DNA of 64,000 nucleotides from the human T2T-CHM13v2.0 reference genome, Homo sapiens. Position numbers and translations under genes: made by a program. The first letter of the stretch is position 1. Every line of letters begins with the position of its first letter. The notes beneath the pieces were generated by a model. It was not told the origin of the DNA and did no database searches. It saw only the letters and a list, made by a program, of their open reading frames with translations. Below, in pieces: positions 29,290-44,250 of the stretch. The stretch lies in NCBI RefSeq assembly GCF_009914755.1, contig NC_060937.1; one strand, 5' to 3'.

Positions 29290-30520
29290 GGAGGGCAGGA
29301 GTGGAGAGAGGCGCGGTCTCCTGGAACGCGCGGGGGAACGTGGAAAGGAGGGCGCGGGAGACCCGGAGGGCTGCCCCGGCGGGGATTAGAAGCGAGGCGG
29401 GTTCAGCGTCCTGGGCGCCGCAGGAAAGTGACCCGCAGAGCGAGGCGCGGCGCCCCGGGAGCTGGAGCTCAGCCCCACGACCCGCGCTGCGGCGGGCACC
29501 ACGCGGGGGGCGCGCGGGGAGGGGAGAGGCGGGGCCGGCGGGGACTGTGTCGCCGCCGACGCCGCGGCTGCGGGTCGCAGAGGCGGGCAGAGAGAGCCGC
29601 CGCCGAGCGGGTGGCGGAGCAGTCCCCAGCCTCCAGCCGGCCTGGCTGCGCGCAACCGCGCCGGCCCCGGGCACAGGGGCAACTGCCGACCCCTCTCACC
29701 CGCCGCGCGGGGCTGGTCTCCGAGCCGAGTCCCGGCCATCGCCGCGTCGCCTGGCGCCCGGCTCCGGCGGACCCTTCTCCGGCAGGTAGGGGCGTCGGCG
29801 GGGCGCTGCGCGCGGTCCAAGCGCGGGGAACGCGGCGGGGCAGCCTCTCCGAGTCTGGAGGTACGCGGGGCGCAGAGGCTGTTCTGCACCGCCGGGCTGG
29901 GGACGCCGGGAGGGTGCCCCGGGTCGGACTTGCGGCGCTGGGTCCCCACCCAGAGTTCCCGCACGGTGAGGGTTGGACGCGTCTGGGGGGCGTGGAGAGG
30001 AGGCTTGTCGGTCCCTTCCTGGGAAAGGAATCGCGGGGACTTCCCAACCGCTAGGACGCGTAAGCCGAGGCTGGGAGTAGAAGCCTTCTGAACTCTGGAC
30101 CTACCCCAGAAGGAGGGGGCGAAACTGGCCATTTCGAGGGACGCGGAAGCCCCGTTGCTAGGGGAGATGGGGGAAGCGGCGTGGTCACCTACACAACCGC
30201 TCCCAGGCGCGATGGGGGCTCTGCTTCCTCCTCCTCTGTTTCTTTGGGGATGGAAAAGAGAGCAGAACAAAGATGTAGAGTGAAGGAGGGCTCCCCAGCT
30301 GTTGCCTCTTGCGCGGATTCTGCTGACCCCTCTGCGCGACCCCAGCTGGGCAGTGTCAGCTCCATTGTCTCAGAGGCCGGCGGCCAAGTGAGGGACCAGT
30401 CTCACCCGGGGGGCGTCGAGCCTCAGCGCATCGCCCCGTCTTCCCTGGCTGCAGAAAACCACTAGGCCGGTGGAAGTGCTCCGTTTAATTGGTCCCTAGT
30501 ACGCCCCCGAAAGGAAATGG
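29290..30520. promoter_or_regulatory. CpG island promoter with GC boxes; probably upstream promoter of MYO16
   Basis: Very high GC and CpG density relative to the flanks; GAGGCGGGGC Sp/KLF motif near 29526. Host identity is inferred from recalled HCFC2P1-MYO16 adjacency at 13q33.3, not from sequence. Confidence 0.85.
29560..29785 (+). other. MYO16: Candidate non-coding first exon (start approximate)
   Basis: Lies downstream of the GC boxes, has no + strand ATG, ends at donor CAG|GTAGGG (29785/29786); gene identity is inferred from locus context only. Confidence 0.5.
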
Positions 30521-33500
30521 AGACGATTTCCGTCAAGTTCTCTTAGTATTTCTGTCATTTACAGAAAAGCAGTAGCTACTCACATGTGGCTCAGATGTCT
30601 GTGTGGGGGTTGTGAGCCAGGGCATTAAAATTGGGTGTTAACCGTTTGCCACTCAGAAGAATTATTAGCCATTGGAGGAGGAGCGGTTTCTCTTGCTAAG
30701 CGGGGTTAAGTGAAACTTGGCTGCTCTGAATTGGCCAGAGGAGTAAATGAGCAGAGGGCTGACCTGCGTCTTCCAAAGGCAGAAGCGCAGGGGAAGCCCG
30801 GAGCCTCTTCTGAGTTAGTGGCTTTCTCTGCGAATCTCATGCGGTCTCTGGAGTCTGTGTTGGGATGAAGGTTAAAGCATTTACAACACGCGTTTGTCAT
30901 GTGTTCTTGGGACTATTTCTGACGCTCCTGCGGTCTATCCATGCATCTCCCAGTGCTTTTCACTTAGAATCTAGAGGAAGAACAAGGGATCCCAAAGTCG
31001 TCAATGAGATCCTGAGATCAAAGCCACATGATTGAGGAGGGGCCAACCACAGATCCACTGGGACAACCAGCTTCTTTCTTTTGGGATTATTGCATAGCTA
31101 CCAGATTAAATTACATTTTCCTCTTAGTATTTTTAATTTGTAGAAGCCTCGAAGGTAATTTGTCATCTGTGGATTAAGGGTGCTCTAAAACCTGTCTATT
31201 GGTCTTTTTGAAGTTATTTTAGTTTGTTAATATTAAACAAGCATATGTGACATTTACTTAACACTATGACATGTGATTAACTTTTGTAAGCATATGAGGT
31301 TTACATTTGATGGATGTTTTGAAAACAGTATATACAGCAATGCATTATAGACAGCATATGTTCCAGGGACTATACTACTTGCTATAGACATCACCCAGAG
31401 TGTGATATTTATTTACTGAAGGAAAAATGTATTTAACCAATACAATTTCATCTAGAGGGCAGAATGCTATGGTTGGGTTTATCTGTGTACTATGAGAATT
31501 GGGAGGGGAAATTTAATAAAGTAAAATGATTTGTTTTGTATACATTAAAATAGCTCAAATATTTTGCACGTGTAATTAATACTATGAAGGTTTCTGCCCC
31601 TCTCCTCCACCCCCCTGGCCTGAGAATGCTTGAAGATACAAGCCCCACCTGCTGCTGTGCTGGGTCATGAATGTAATCTGTGAGTAAGTTAGTTGCCTGT
31701 GGATAAAGGAGAGTGTATACTGAATACAAGTTGGCTGCAAAACCCCAGTGTTCTTGAAGGAGACTGAATAAAAATAGAAATATTGCCTTCTCCTTGAGAA
31801 ATCAGAAAATAAAATCTGTTGGGTGAAGCCACAATCATACATAGAATCATATATGATCCAAATATATATGTATATGTGTGTATCTCTATGTGTGTACATA
31901 ACTTGCAGATCTTAAATGTGTTAAAACATTTGCATAAGTGAGAAGAGATACGGCATTGGAACTGTGATATTTGAAAATGATACTTTAAGCCTGTGCTCAG
32001 TTGAGCACCTCAAAAATGTGTTTGCCCTTTCCGGATCTCATCACCAGGGCAAATCCAGGCCAATAAAAACACATGTTCATAGAACGAGAAAATGCTGGGG
32101 TAGAACGGTACTTTCAAAATGTTCTGTTCAAGCTTGCTCTACCCCAAGTGAAGGCGAAGAGGTCCAGAAGAGTTAGGTAATTTTTTTTTCAAGATCACAC
32201 AGCTAGATATTGGCAAGGATGTTGGGTCTTGCTGTCTCCACCAGAATGGAGTGGTAGATGTGGAGGGAGAGAGAGTGATTTGATTACTTTCTCCTGAGAA
32301 AAGGGCTGGCCAGTGAAACCTACCACAGACGTAATGCCTCTCTCTCCTCTCCTTACTCCCTTCCTGTGTGATTCTCTGCCCACCAACCTTTCTTCTACAT
32401 TCTGCTCTGTAATAGAAATAACTCATTGTTCTTTGAGATTTCCAGAGAGCAAAGAGTGAGCATGTGAAGAGATCAAGAAAAAACTTACTGAGATTAAAAT
32501 GCATACAATTTAACCAGGTGGACTTTAAAAATTTAAAAAGCCAGGCCGTAAAAGCAGATGATTTTCACCTGAATTCCACTGAGGCAAGGAAGGACACAGT
32601 CCTAGAGGGAGAAATGTCATCATCACTCTCAGAAACTGAAAAGCTCACAGTAACAACACCTTATCTGTCCCAAAGTTGCTTTTCCATTTAGTATCTCATT
32701 TGATCCTCACAAGTGCCCTGTCTAGATGTAGGGAGGCACACTCATTCCACATTGCCAATTTCCTATGACTGAATTCTGGTCCTTCTCCTTCTCACAGATG
32801 TCCCCAGGCAAAATTAGGGGTTCCTCTGGGGCAAGGATACATGTGGGTGATTAGCACCCTGTAACATCTATTGTCTTAATTTAAGTCTATTTTCATCTTT
32901 GTATCCTAATAGCCTGCCCTGGATGTGCTATTCAGTAAGGATTCAGTCAGTGCTTTCAGAACATGGTTGACTCATGAGTTAATTGAGATCAAACATTTAT
33001 ACTCAACTTGCCTGTTTTAAGCATGGACTTTTTTTCAAGAGAATGTGCTAAATAATTTTCAGACAACGTAAAATTATAAAAATTTATTAACAATTCTATA
33101 GTGACATTTCCTGAAAATGAGTAGTCATTCAAGTATGCAGGACCTTGACTTTGAAGATTGTAAATTTCTAAGGACTGGCGAGGTGTGCTCCTTGGGATGC
33201 TAACTCTAGATTTTCTGGAGGTGCCCAATAAGAAGTAGATTCCCTGGCCTGTTCCAGGCCTGCGGAATCAGAATCTGGGGCTGGGACCACAACATTCTGC
33301 TGAGTCATTTACAGGAGCACACTGCGTTTGAGAACACAGTGGATGGTCTTTCAAAAATGTACACTGGGCGCACCCCCAACCCCCCATCTAGCTAGAGCCA
33401 CTTCTCTTTCCCACTTATATAGGAATCTGCAAAGATTTTCTTACTTGGTTAGTTTTATGTTATTATAATAACTAGGAAGACATGACAATAAACCAGGCCA

Positions 33501-34024
33501 TTAATTCCAAGGAAGTTTAGGTTTACACTCTCAACTGTGACTAAAAGTAAACATGGATGAAATATTGGTAAACTTTAAGTGGTAGGATCAAATCAACTCA
33601 TTTCTTATATATCCCACACAGGATTACAATTCTTTGTATATAATTATGTTTCTAAAAATAATTATGTTAAGTGACTTGTTCTTTGTAATTTCTGTGATGT
33701 GCTTATTTCTGTGGCCAGAGAAAAAGCCTGGGCAGAAGCGTCTCCATTCCCTCCCTCCACTTCATGGAAGTCCATTCCTGAGCTCTCCTCAGCCTGGCTT
33801 CTCTGACCCCCTCCCTGGCACGGCCCCTCTCTCCCTCTGCTCCGGCGGGCCCTCTGTGCCCTCGCTTTGGCCCCTCTCTTCCTTTCTTTCCTGTGGTCTC
33901 AAGTCTCTCCTGCACCTCTTGGTGGGTGCATGTGCCTGGGCTCCACGTCTGCATCTCCAGTCCTGACCTGGAGGTTCCATACCACGCCTGACTCCTCACA
34001 TCCACACTGGAATCCTAATCTTGA

Positions 34025-34367
<343 letters not shown>

Positions 34368-35499
34368 TTGATTACTGTTCGTTGGTTTATTTCCTGCTGT
34401 TTTTCTCCTTCTTCCTTTCCCTCCCCCACATCCCATTTTCCATTAGTTATCAAGTCTTTACAATGTGTCTTATAAATATGACTGAGATGAGTCTTCTTTA
34501 TTCTGACCTTTTAGGACTGCCCCGGATCCAATCTTCATCATGCCCTGCCAGGGCTAAGGGACCAGGCCCTAATTCATCTTCGTGCTCCAGTCTTACAGTT
34601 GCCAGAGTGATTTATCTTAAATGCAAATTTAGCCATGAAACCTGTGGCTTAAAAGACTTGAATGATTTTCTATCATCTGCAGCATAAAGTGCCTGCTCCT
34701 CCCCATGACAGACACCTTCTTGACCCGCTCCCTGCCCAGCTCCAGCCTCCTCTGACACCTCTCCCGACTCACATCCCTGCATTTTACAACACCGAGGTGC
34801 TTGTTCTCTACGTGGAACTTAGCGTTTCTGAATACACTGACTTTATTCATCCCCCTGTACACTGGGCATGAGCTGCTTCTAGCTTTGTTCAGCTGGAATC
34901 AAATCCAGATCATCTTCCCCCAAATACCCCACTTCATAGAGGTCCCTCTTCTGCTGCCTGCCCATCTTCGCTGTTAACCCTTAGTGTATCGCGCTTATTG
35001 AAACGCCGGACTTTCCCTGGCACTGTGGTTACTGCTTCTTACTCATCTCTGTGTGTCTGGATTGGGTTGGTGTTACACGAGTGGATATGAGCACAGCAGA
35101 AGATAAAAGCGAGCTTCCCTAGAGGCAAGAGTGCCTGGGGGAGATTCTAGCTTCAACAGCTCCCTGAGCTCTGCTTAGGGACCCTCTATCTCACCTGTTA
35201 TCGTATCTCTCCTCTGCCGGTAACCCCGGGTCCCACCTTATTCATCCTCTGACTCTCTCTCATCTGCTTCTCCCTTCCATAAAAGACATCTGCTCCTTCT
35301 ACAGATGAGGAAAAGAAAACTCAGAGAGACTGAATCATTTATTCAGAGTTACACTGCTAGCTTAGCGGAGATCCAGACTTGCAAAAAGGTCTGATTATTT
35401 TCCCTGTGCTCTTAGCACCTTTTAAAAGAAGAAAACTGGCTTTTTAAACAAGCGCCATATAGAAAACCATCTATAGCTGGAAACAAGAAGCCACCACCA

Positions 35500-35690
35500 C
35501 CAGTGGGCCAGTTCCAACCTTGGCCTGCTGTGTACAGCCTGTAAGCTAAACATGTCCTTTGCACGTTTAAAGTATGGAGAAAACCCAAAACGAATAAAGA
35601 ATGTGTGACCGACTGAGACTCTGCAGCGCATACAGCCTAACGTATTTACTCTTTGGCCTTTTACAGAAAATGTTTGCTGAACCCTGATCA
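35500..35690. mobile_element. MER58A-like hAT-Charlie element
   Basis: TATTTACTCTTTGGCCTTTTACAGAAAATGTTTGCTGAACCCTG. Confidence 0.7.
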
Positions 35691-35794
35691 TTGGAATAAT
35701 GAGATCTGAACATGATGTTTAGTATAATTTATGAGGTAGTTGACTTTGGCAAATAATTGTGATGCCAGAAAAGACTGGACATATAAAAATAAGT

Positions 35795-36080
35795 TGTAAT
35801 CCCAGCACTTTGGGAGGCCGAGGCGGGCGGATCACGAGGTCAGGAGATCGAGACCATCCTGGCTAACCCGGTGAAACCCCGTCTCTACTAAAAATACAAA
35901 AAATTAGCTGGGTGTGGTGGCACGTGTCTGTAGTCCCAGCTACTCAGGAGGCTAAGACAGGAGAATTGCTTGAACCCAGGAGGTGGAGGTTGCAGTGAGC
36001 CGAGATTAAGCCACTACATTCCAGCCTGGGTGACAGAATGAGACTCCATCTCAAAAAACAAAAAGCAATAAAAAATAAAA
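35795..36080 (+). mobile_element. Slightly 5'-truncated Alu (AluSc8/Y-like)
   Basis: Starts at TGTAATCCCAGC; A-rich tail; flanking AAAATAARTTGTA repeat. Confidence 0.92.
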
Positions 36081-37946
36081 TAAATTGTAGATTTATTGAA
36101 TTTTAAGAAAAAAATGAAGGGAAAACCCACAGTATATTTAAATACTTGATGTCATATTTGTTTCTTATTTTTGATGCTTATTATTTATCTACAACTATTT
36201 AGCATGATCGACATAATTTTAAGTAATGTAAGTAAAGTTAATTCCTCATGAAGTCATTCTGGGTATTTTTGGTTAAAAATGCTTGAAGATGTAGAAAACA
36301 GTGAGTTTGATGTTCAAATTATCATAAGCTGAATTGAATTATACATAAAAATTGATATTTGAATATCCTCTTTCTCTATAACCAAAATGTTGAAAACATT
36401 TTAATGTCTTTTTTATTACTGAAATTAGTTGATATTTTAAAAATAAACCCAGGAGGCTAAAAACTGTAGCATGTGGTACTGTGTGCCTTTAACGAACACA
36501 TTTGAAATATTAAATAATTTCTTTAAGAATGATAAAGTCTTATTCAAGCTTACTAATGTTTTTCTAATTTAGATTATTGGTTATAAGCAGCTGAGTAATA
36601 TGTGGTTGGAGTCCCTGGGTTGAAATCATTTCATGAGCTCTCAAATCTTCTTTTGAAAAGTCTATTAATATACCTTTTATCTTTATTATTTGGAACAGAG
36701 AATCATTAACTTTACATTCATTTCAGAGATTTAAATCTATATGCAAGAGCAAGACAAATGAAATTCGGCCTAAGAAATAAAGAAACTTAGTAGAACAGAA
36801 TACTGAGAATATATTTTTATATTGAGTGTAGCTTGCTATTTTCATTTTATAGCGTGTAGAAACAAGTTTTCTGGAGTGAAGCTAAGATATGTTATTTCTA
36901 AGGAAGGGAGTTTGCTAAAGCTATAGATATATAAGCATTCAGATCAGGATGATATATGGGGTTTCCCTAATATATAATATAAAACAGACATTGAGGCAGG
37001 AAATTACAATATAGTATAATATGGTCAATAAGAAAGTAAACTTGAGGTGGAGAAGATTCCTGTTCTGCATGTCAATTCTCTGAGATGGTGAATATGTGGA
37101 AAACCCCCCTAGGCCTCACCTGTGAAATGGTACAGGCACAGCGCAGGCAACAAGAGCTGCAAGGCAGGGGCCAGCCTCTGCCGGGAGCCGACGATATATA
37201 GACCATAGAGATGATTTCAAAGCAGACCTGTTCTTCATAATTTTGGCCCCAATTTTCTTCATCAAGGAGAAGAAGCTCAAAAAAGTTTTTTTTTTTTAAA
37301 TAAAAGGTCAGAATCTTGGATTAAAGCCAAAGACAGGTGAGGAAATTAAAACAAAAATTCATTTAGCTCTTTGAAGATCATTCAAGTGAGGCTCAAGTTA
37401 ATCCCATGCCAGGAGACTGAAAGAATTGCAAATGTGCCTTTGCAGGTGCTACTTGTAATCTTTGGGACATGATGGAGAATTATAGAAATGCCAGAAAACG
37501 GGGTAGGTCAGATGAGCTGCATAAAGAAGCATCCTCAATGATATGAGGTGTTACATAGGATTACATCAAAAATAAATTATATATGTAATATATATGCACA
37601 CATCACAAATACTTTTTAAACCTTTAAAACATGAGGAGCTAGAATATATCACAATAGTAAATCATTGCAAAGTAACCTGATGACCTAGTATTTAAAAAAA
37701 GCCAGATAAAATTAATATGAGAGTTTGCTTATCTATAACATTAGGGATGTGGACTAATTAATTTCCAGGGTTCCTGTGTTCTAAGAATTTATCATAGGTT
37801 TTATTATTATTTTTTTTGCCTTTACTTGGTGTCAGTTTTTTTAAATTGTGGTAAAAAACACAACAAAATGTATCATTTTAATCATTTCTAAGTGCACAGT
37901 ACAGTAATGTTAACTATGTGGGCATTGTTGAGCTACAGATCTCTAG

Positions 37947-38675
<729 letters not shown>

Positions 38676-41029
38676 ATAACCACATTCTATTTGCTGTTTC
38701 TATGAGTTGACTCTTCTAGGTACTTCATGTAAGTGGAATAATGCAGTATTTGATATTTTGTAACTATTTTTTTCATTTAGCATAATGTTCTCAAGATTCA
38801 TCTATGTTCTAGTCTATGACTAGATTTCCTTTACTTTTAAGGCTGAATAATACTCCATTGTTATGGGTAGGCCACATTTTCTTCATCCACTTGTTTGTTG
38901 ATAGAAATTTAAGTTGCTTTCATCTTGGCTTTTGTGAATAATCCTGTGATGGACATGGGTGTGCAAGTATCTCTTCAAGATCCTGTTTTCAATTCTTTTG
39001 GATTAAAACCCAAAGAAGTAGGATTCCTGGATCATATGGTAATTCTACTTTTAATGTTTTGAGGAACCCCTAAACTGTTTTCCATAGTGGCTGCACCATT
39101 TTACCTCCCCACTAAAAGTGCACAAGAGTTCAAGTTTCTCCATATCCTCACCAGCACTTGTTATTTTCTGTTTTTTTGTTTGCTTGTTTGTTTGATAGTG
39201 GCCATCCTAACAAGTGTAAGGTCATATGTCATTGTGGTTTTAATTTGCATTTTCCTGATGATTAATGATGTCAAGCATCTTTTCATAAACTTTTTGTTCG
39301 TTTGTATATCTTCTTTAGAGAAAGGTTATGCAAATCCTTTGTTCGTTTTTTAATCAGGTCATTTTATTTTTTTGTTACTGAGTTGTGAGAGCTCTTTACA
39401 TATACTGGATATTAAATTTTTGTCAGATATATGGTTTGAAAATACTTTCTCCCATTCTATATGCTTTTTTTAGTCTTTTGATCATCTCCTTTGCTGCACA
39501 GATTTTTGGTTTGATGTAGTCCTATTTGTCAATTTTTGCTTTTGTTGCCTGTGCTTTTGGTGTCATCAAGAAATCATTGCCAAATCAAAGTCACAAGGTT
39601 TTCATCATATGTTTTTTTCTAGATGTATATGGTTTCAGATCCTACATTTTGTCTTTAATCCATTTTGAGTTGTTTCTTTTGCTGCATAAGGTAAAGATCA
39701 AATGTCATTGTCTTGCAAGTGGATATCTAGTTTTCCAACACCATTTGTTGAAGATACTATTCTTTCCCCATTGTGTAGTCTTGGCACTTTTGTTGAGGAT
39801 CATTTAACTTTATACACAAGAATTTATTCTGGGCTCTCTATTCTCTTCCATTGGTCTTTATGTCTGTTTTTATGCCAGTGCCATACTGTCTTGACTACTG
39901 CAGCTTTTAACATGTTTTAAAAACAGAAGGTATAAGGCCTCCAGCTTTATTCTTTTTTTCTCAGTATTGTTTGGAATCTTTGGGGTCCTTTGAGATCCCA
40001 TATAAATTTCAGAATTTCTTTTCAATTTTTGCCAAAAAATGCCTTTGGAATTCTAATAGGATTATGTTGAATTTGTGTCTTACTTTGGATATTACTTGTA
40101 TTTTAACAATATTAAGTCTTCCAATCCATGAATACAGGATATCTTTCCATTTATTTCTGTCTTCATAAATTTCTTTCAGCAATGTTTTGTAGATTTTAGT
40201 GTATAGGTCTTTTACCTCTCTGGTTTAGTTTATTCCTAAGCATTTTATTCTTTTTTGATGCTATTGTAAGTGGCATCATTTTTTAAATTTCATTTTTGGA
40301 TTCTTCATTGTTAATATATAAAAAGCAACTTCTTTTTGCATGTCAATTCTGGATCCTGCAACTTTAGTGATTTCATTTATTCTAACAGTTTGCACATGTA
40401 TGTGTGTATGTGTGTGTGTGTGTGCATAGTCTAGAATTTTCTACATACAGAATTACATGTTAACGGAGATAAGTTTACTTCTTCCTTCACAATTTGAATG
40501 TCTTTAGTTTCTTTTTCTTGTCTAGTTTCTCTGGTTAGGACTTCTAGAACTATGTTGAATAGAAGTGGCAAGAGTGGGCATCTTGCCTTGTTCCTGATCT
40601 CAAAGAAAACACATTCAGTTTTTCACTGTTTTCTCCATGGAGTATGATGTTAGCTGAAGCCTTTTCATATATGACCTTTATTATGTTGAGGTAATTTCCT
40701 TTCTAGTTTGTTGAATTTTTTTTACCATGAAAATATGTTGAATTTTGCCAAATGCTTTTTCTTTATCAATTGAGATCGTGTAATTTTTTATATGTCATTC
40801 TGATAATGTGATGTTTTACACTGATTTATGTTTGTATGTTGAACCATCCTTACATTACAGGAATTAATCCCACTTGGTCATGGTGTATGACCTAATCCTA
40901 ACCCTAACCATTCTTCTCTTGTCATGTTGGGCAGCAGCAGTGAGCCACAGTTCTTAGCCATGTATCCTTGACTTAAAATATTTTCAACTTACAATGGGTT
41001 TATGGGACTGTCATAAACCAAGGAGCATC

Positions 41030-42740
41030 TGTGTATTTAACTTTGCCAGAGATCTTTATATTTTTACAGGCTTTCGTATTGCTATCTAACACCTTTGCAT
41101 TTCAACTTAAAGGGGCTCCCTTTAATGTTTCTCTTAAGGCGGTCTGGTGGTGATGAACTCCTTTAGCTTTCTGTTATAGAAAGTTTTTATTTCTTCCTCA
41201 TTTTTGAAGGGCAGTTTTGCCACATATAATATTCTTGCTTGCTAGGTTTTTTTTAAAGAAAAACTTTGAATATGTCATTCCACTCTCTTCTGGCCTGTAA
41301 GATTTCTGCTGAGAAAACCACTGATAATCTTATGGGAGCTCCCTTTGATGTACCAAGTCACATTTTCTTTCTGCTTTCAAGATTCTTTCTGTCTTTGACT
41401 TTTGCCAGTTTGATGATAATGTGTCTTTGTGTCATTTTGGATTTATCAGAGTTGTAGTATGTTTAACTTCTTAAATTTGGATGTCTATTTTCATCCTCAG
41501 ATTAGAGAAGTTTCCAGCCATTATTTATTCAGATAAGTTCTCTGCCTCTTTCTCTTTTTCTTTTCTTCTGGGTCTCTCATAATGCATATGTTGGCCCAGT
41601 CAGTGATGTCTCATAAGTATCTTATGATTTCTTCATTTCTATCTGATTGGTATTATAGAAAATAATATCACTTATATTATTATCTACCTTCTGATTAGAT
41701 GACTTCAAATGACTTATCCTCAAATTCAGCATTTTTTTTTCTTTTGCTTGGCCAAGTCTGTTGAACATTTATAGTGAATTTTTCAGCTCAGTTATTATAT
41801 ACTTAAAGTCCAGAAATTTTTTTTTAATGTGTAATTCCTATCTCTTTGTTAATATTCTCTTTTTGTTCACACATAGGTTTCTGGATTTTTTTCTTATTTG
41901 TCTATCTGTGTCTTATTTAAACTCATTAAGCTGCTATAAGATAGCTATTTCAAATTATTTGTTACATAATTCATAGATCTCGACTTCTTTCAGGTTGAAT
42001 TCTGGATATTTATTTTGTTCTTTTGATTGGGCCAAGTTTCCCTCTTTCTCTGTATGCCTTGTAGTTTTTTGCTGAAACTTGGGCATTTGAAAAAAAAAAA
42101 AAGCTATCTTTCTTAGTCTTTATGGACTAGCTTTATACTGAGGAAGACTTTCACTAGTCAGCCCAGCTAGAGGTTCTGGAGGCCTCTCAAAGCTTTTTTG
42201 GGGATGCACTTTCTCTGGCTAGTATGTGTAATTTTCCAGAGAGGTTTGCTTGTTTCTTTTCTTGGAGTTTGTAATCTCCTGCTCCCTCTGGTGTTTATCT
42301 TTGTTGCTGCTTCAGCAAGCCAACCGTTCTCTTTTGTTCTCAGTGGCTCCCAGGGATCTAAAGTATGCAAGTTTTGTCAGTATTCTAAATCAGGTTGAAG
42401 AGAAATCAGTGTCTTGCTATCTCCTGAAAGCCCTAACATTGGATGCATTTTTTCCTCCTTCTCTTTCCCTCCTGAGAGAGAAGCTATGAGTTGAGAGTTT
42501 TCTCCCAGCTGTGCTGAGCTCTGCCAGCTTGGGGTAGAGGGAGGGACGGTAGAATGTAAAGGCTTTTCTTATCCATTTCAGTGCAGATATTCTTGAAGTT
42601 GCATTCCCTGAGGGTACTGCAGCTTCTTCATTGGTTTCTGAAGTTCTCGTAAAGGTGTTTGGTTCATATGTTGCTTTTTAGACAGTGTCTTTTTGGGAGA
42701 GTGAGGGATGGGACTTACTATTCAGTTATCCTGTTACCAT
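41030..42740 (-). mobile_element. Old L1M ORF1/5' region
   Basis: TTGAATATGTCATTCCACTCTCTTCTGGCCTGTAAGATTTCTGCTGAGAAA resembles L1 ORF1 reverse complement. Confidence 0.7.
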
Positions 42741-43504
42741 CCCATAGACTGGAGTTTAGTTTAATTTTAACCAGATATTCTGCAAACTTTCCTGGATTTT
42801 CCAGAGGACACCATTGCTCTCATTAGCTGTCATTCCTATTTGTGGACAGGAGAAACTGAGTAAGGTGAGAAACGCTGAGCTAAACCAGGTTGCTTTAAAG
42901 TAAAATGTTTAATAAACCAGTGTTAGCCTTAGACCATCAAAGATAAATTTTAGTAAAAGATAGTTAAAAGAACAGGTAGAGAGATCTGAAACCTTCAGGG
43001 AGTAATATAAGTAGAGGACTGATCAAGGTCAAATAATGAAAGACCAACAGAAACGGAATTGGAATCCCAGATAAACATCAACTTGCACAGTATGATACTT
43101 GCACAACCTGAAGAGTATTTTTAAGTGACGATTTCTCTCCTACAGAAACTAGAGAAAGGGTTTTTGGTTGTTAATAGAAACATTACAAAGTACAAATAAT
43201 TCAAAAGAAAAAAATGAAAGAATTCATAATCCTACTACTCTATGGAAAGCTACACTTTACACTTTGCTGTACATCTTTCCCTAAGGTTGACTGTCGGATT
43301 GTGTATACATGTATGTGTACATATGAGAATATACAAGTTAGCATTAATTCCACTCTTTCCTCATAATGTAGTAACCACATGGTTTGAATGAGATTGGTCC
43401 AACTCAAGCTCTAAAAGTGGGCTATGATTGGCTTCAGTTGATCAGCATAATCTTGCTTGCTCTGATGACTTTATTTTACCTTTGGTCACTTTTCAAGTTT
43501 AAGA

Positions 43505-43645
43505 ATAGCATTAGAAGATATACCTAATGTTAAATGACGAGTTAATGGGTGCAGCATACCAATATGGCACATGTATACATATGTAAAAAACCTGCACATT
43601 ATGCACATGTACCCTAAAACTTAAAGTATAATAATAATAAAAAAA
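43505..43645 (+). mobile_element. Short L1PA (GAG-type) 3' end
   Basis: AAATGACGAGTTAATGGGTGCAGC...CTTAAAGTATAATAATAATAAAAAAA. Confidence 0.88.
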
Positions 43646-43925
43646 GGAATATGACCCAACTGAGTGTGGCCCAGGACTTTTCTTGCATCATGGACTCTCT
43701 CTTTTTCTTCCCCCGCCCAACCCCAACATTGTTTTGCTACAGTCATGGTGCTGTCATCCCAGAAGCCCTTTTATTACTAACTTTGCTACAAGATACAGCA
43801 GAAGTTGAGTACGTTGAGTGAGAAGAGCAAGGGGCTAAAGCCATGGTCAAGTAACACCTGAAATAATCCCCAATATTAGTTCTGCCCTAGAATGCTTGTG
43901 GATTGCAGAAGGATAGTCATGATAG

Positions 43926-44250
<325 letters not shown>

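Noticed and set aside
29228-30270. Long overlapping ORFs (148-294 aa) in the CpG island
   Set aside because: Arg/Pro/Gly/Ala-rich on both strands with no recognisable domain; expected from stop-codon scarcity in GC-rich DNA
31449-31462. CTCF-like motif CATCTAGAGGGCAG
   Set aside because: Two mismatches in the 5' core; a single degenerate match is expected by chance in 64 kb
32083-32176. Possible small internal exon (AG...TAG|GTAATT)
   Set aside because: Weak polypyrimidine tract and mediocre donor; cannot be supported without transcript data
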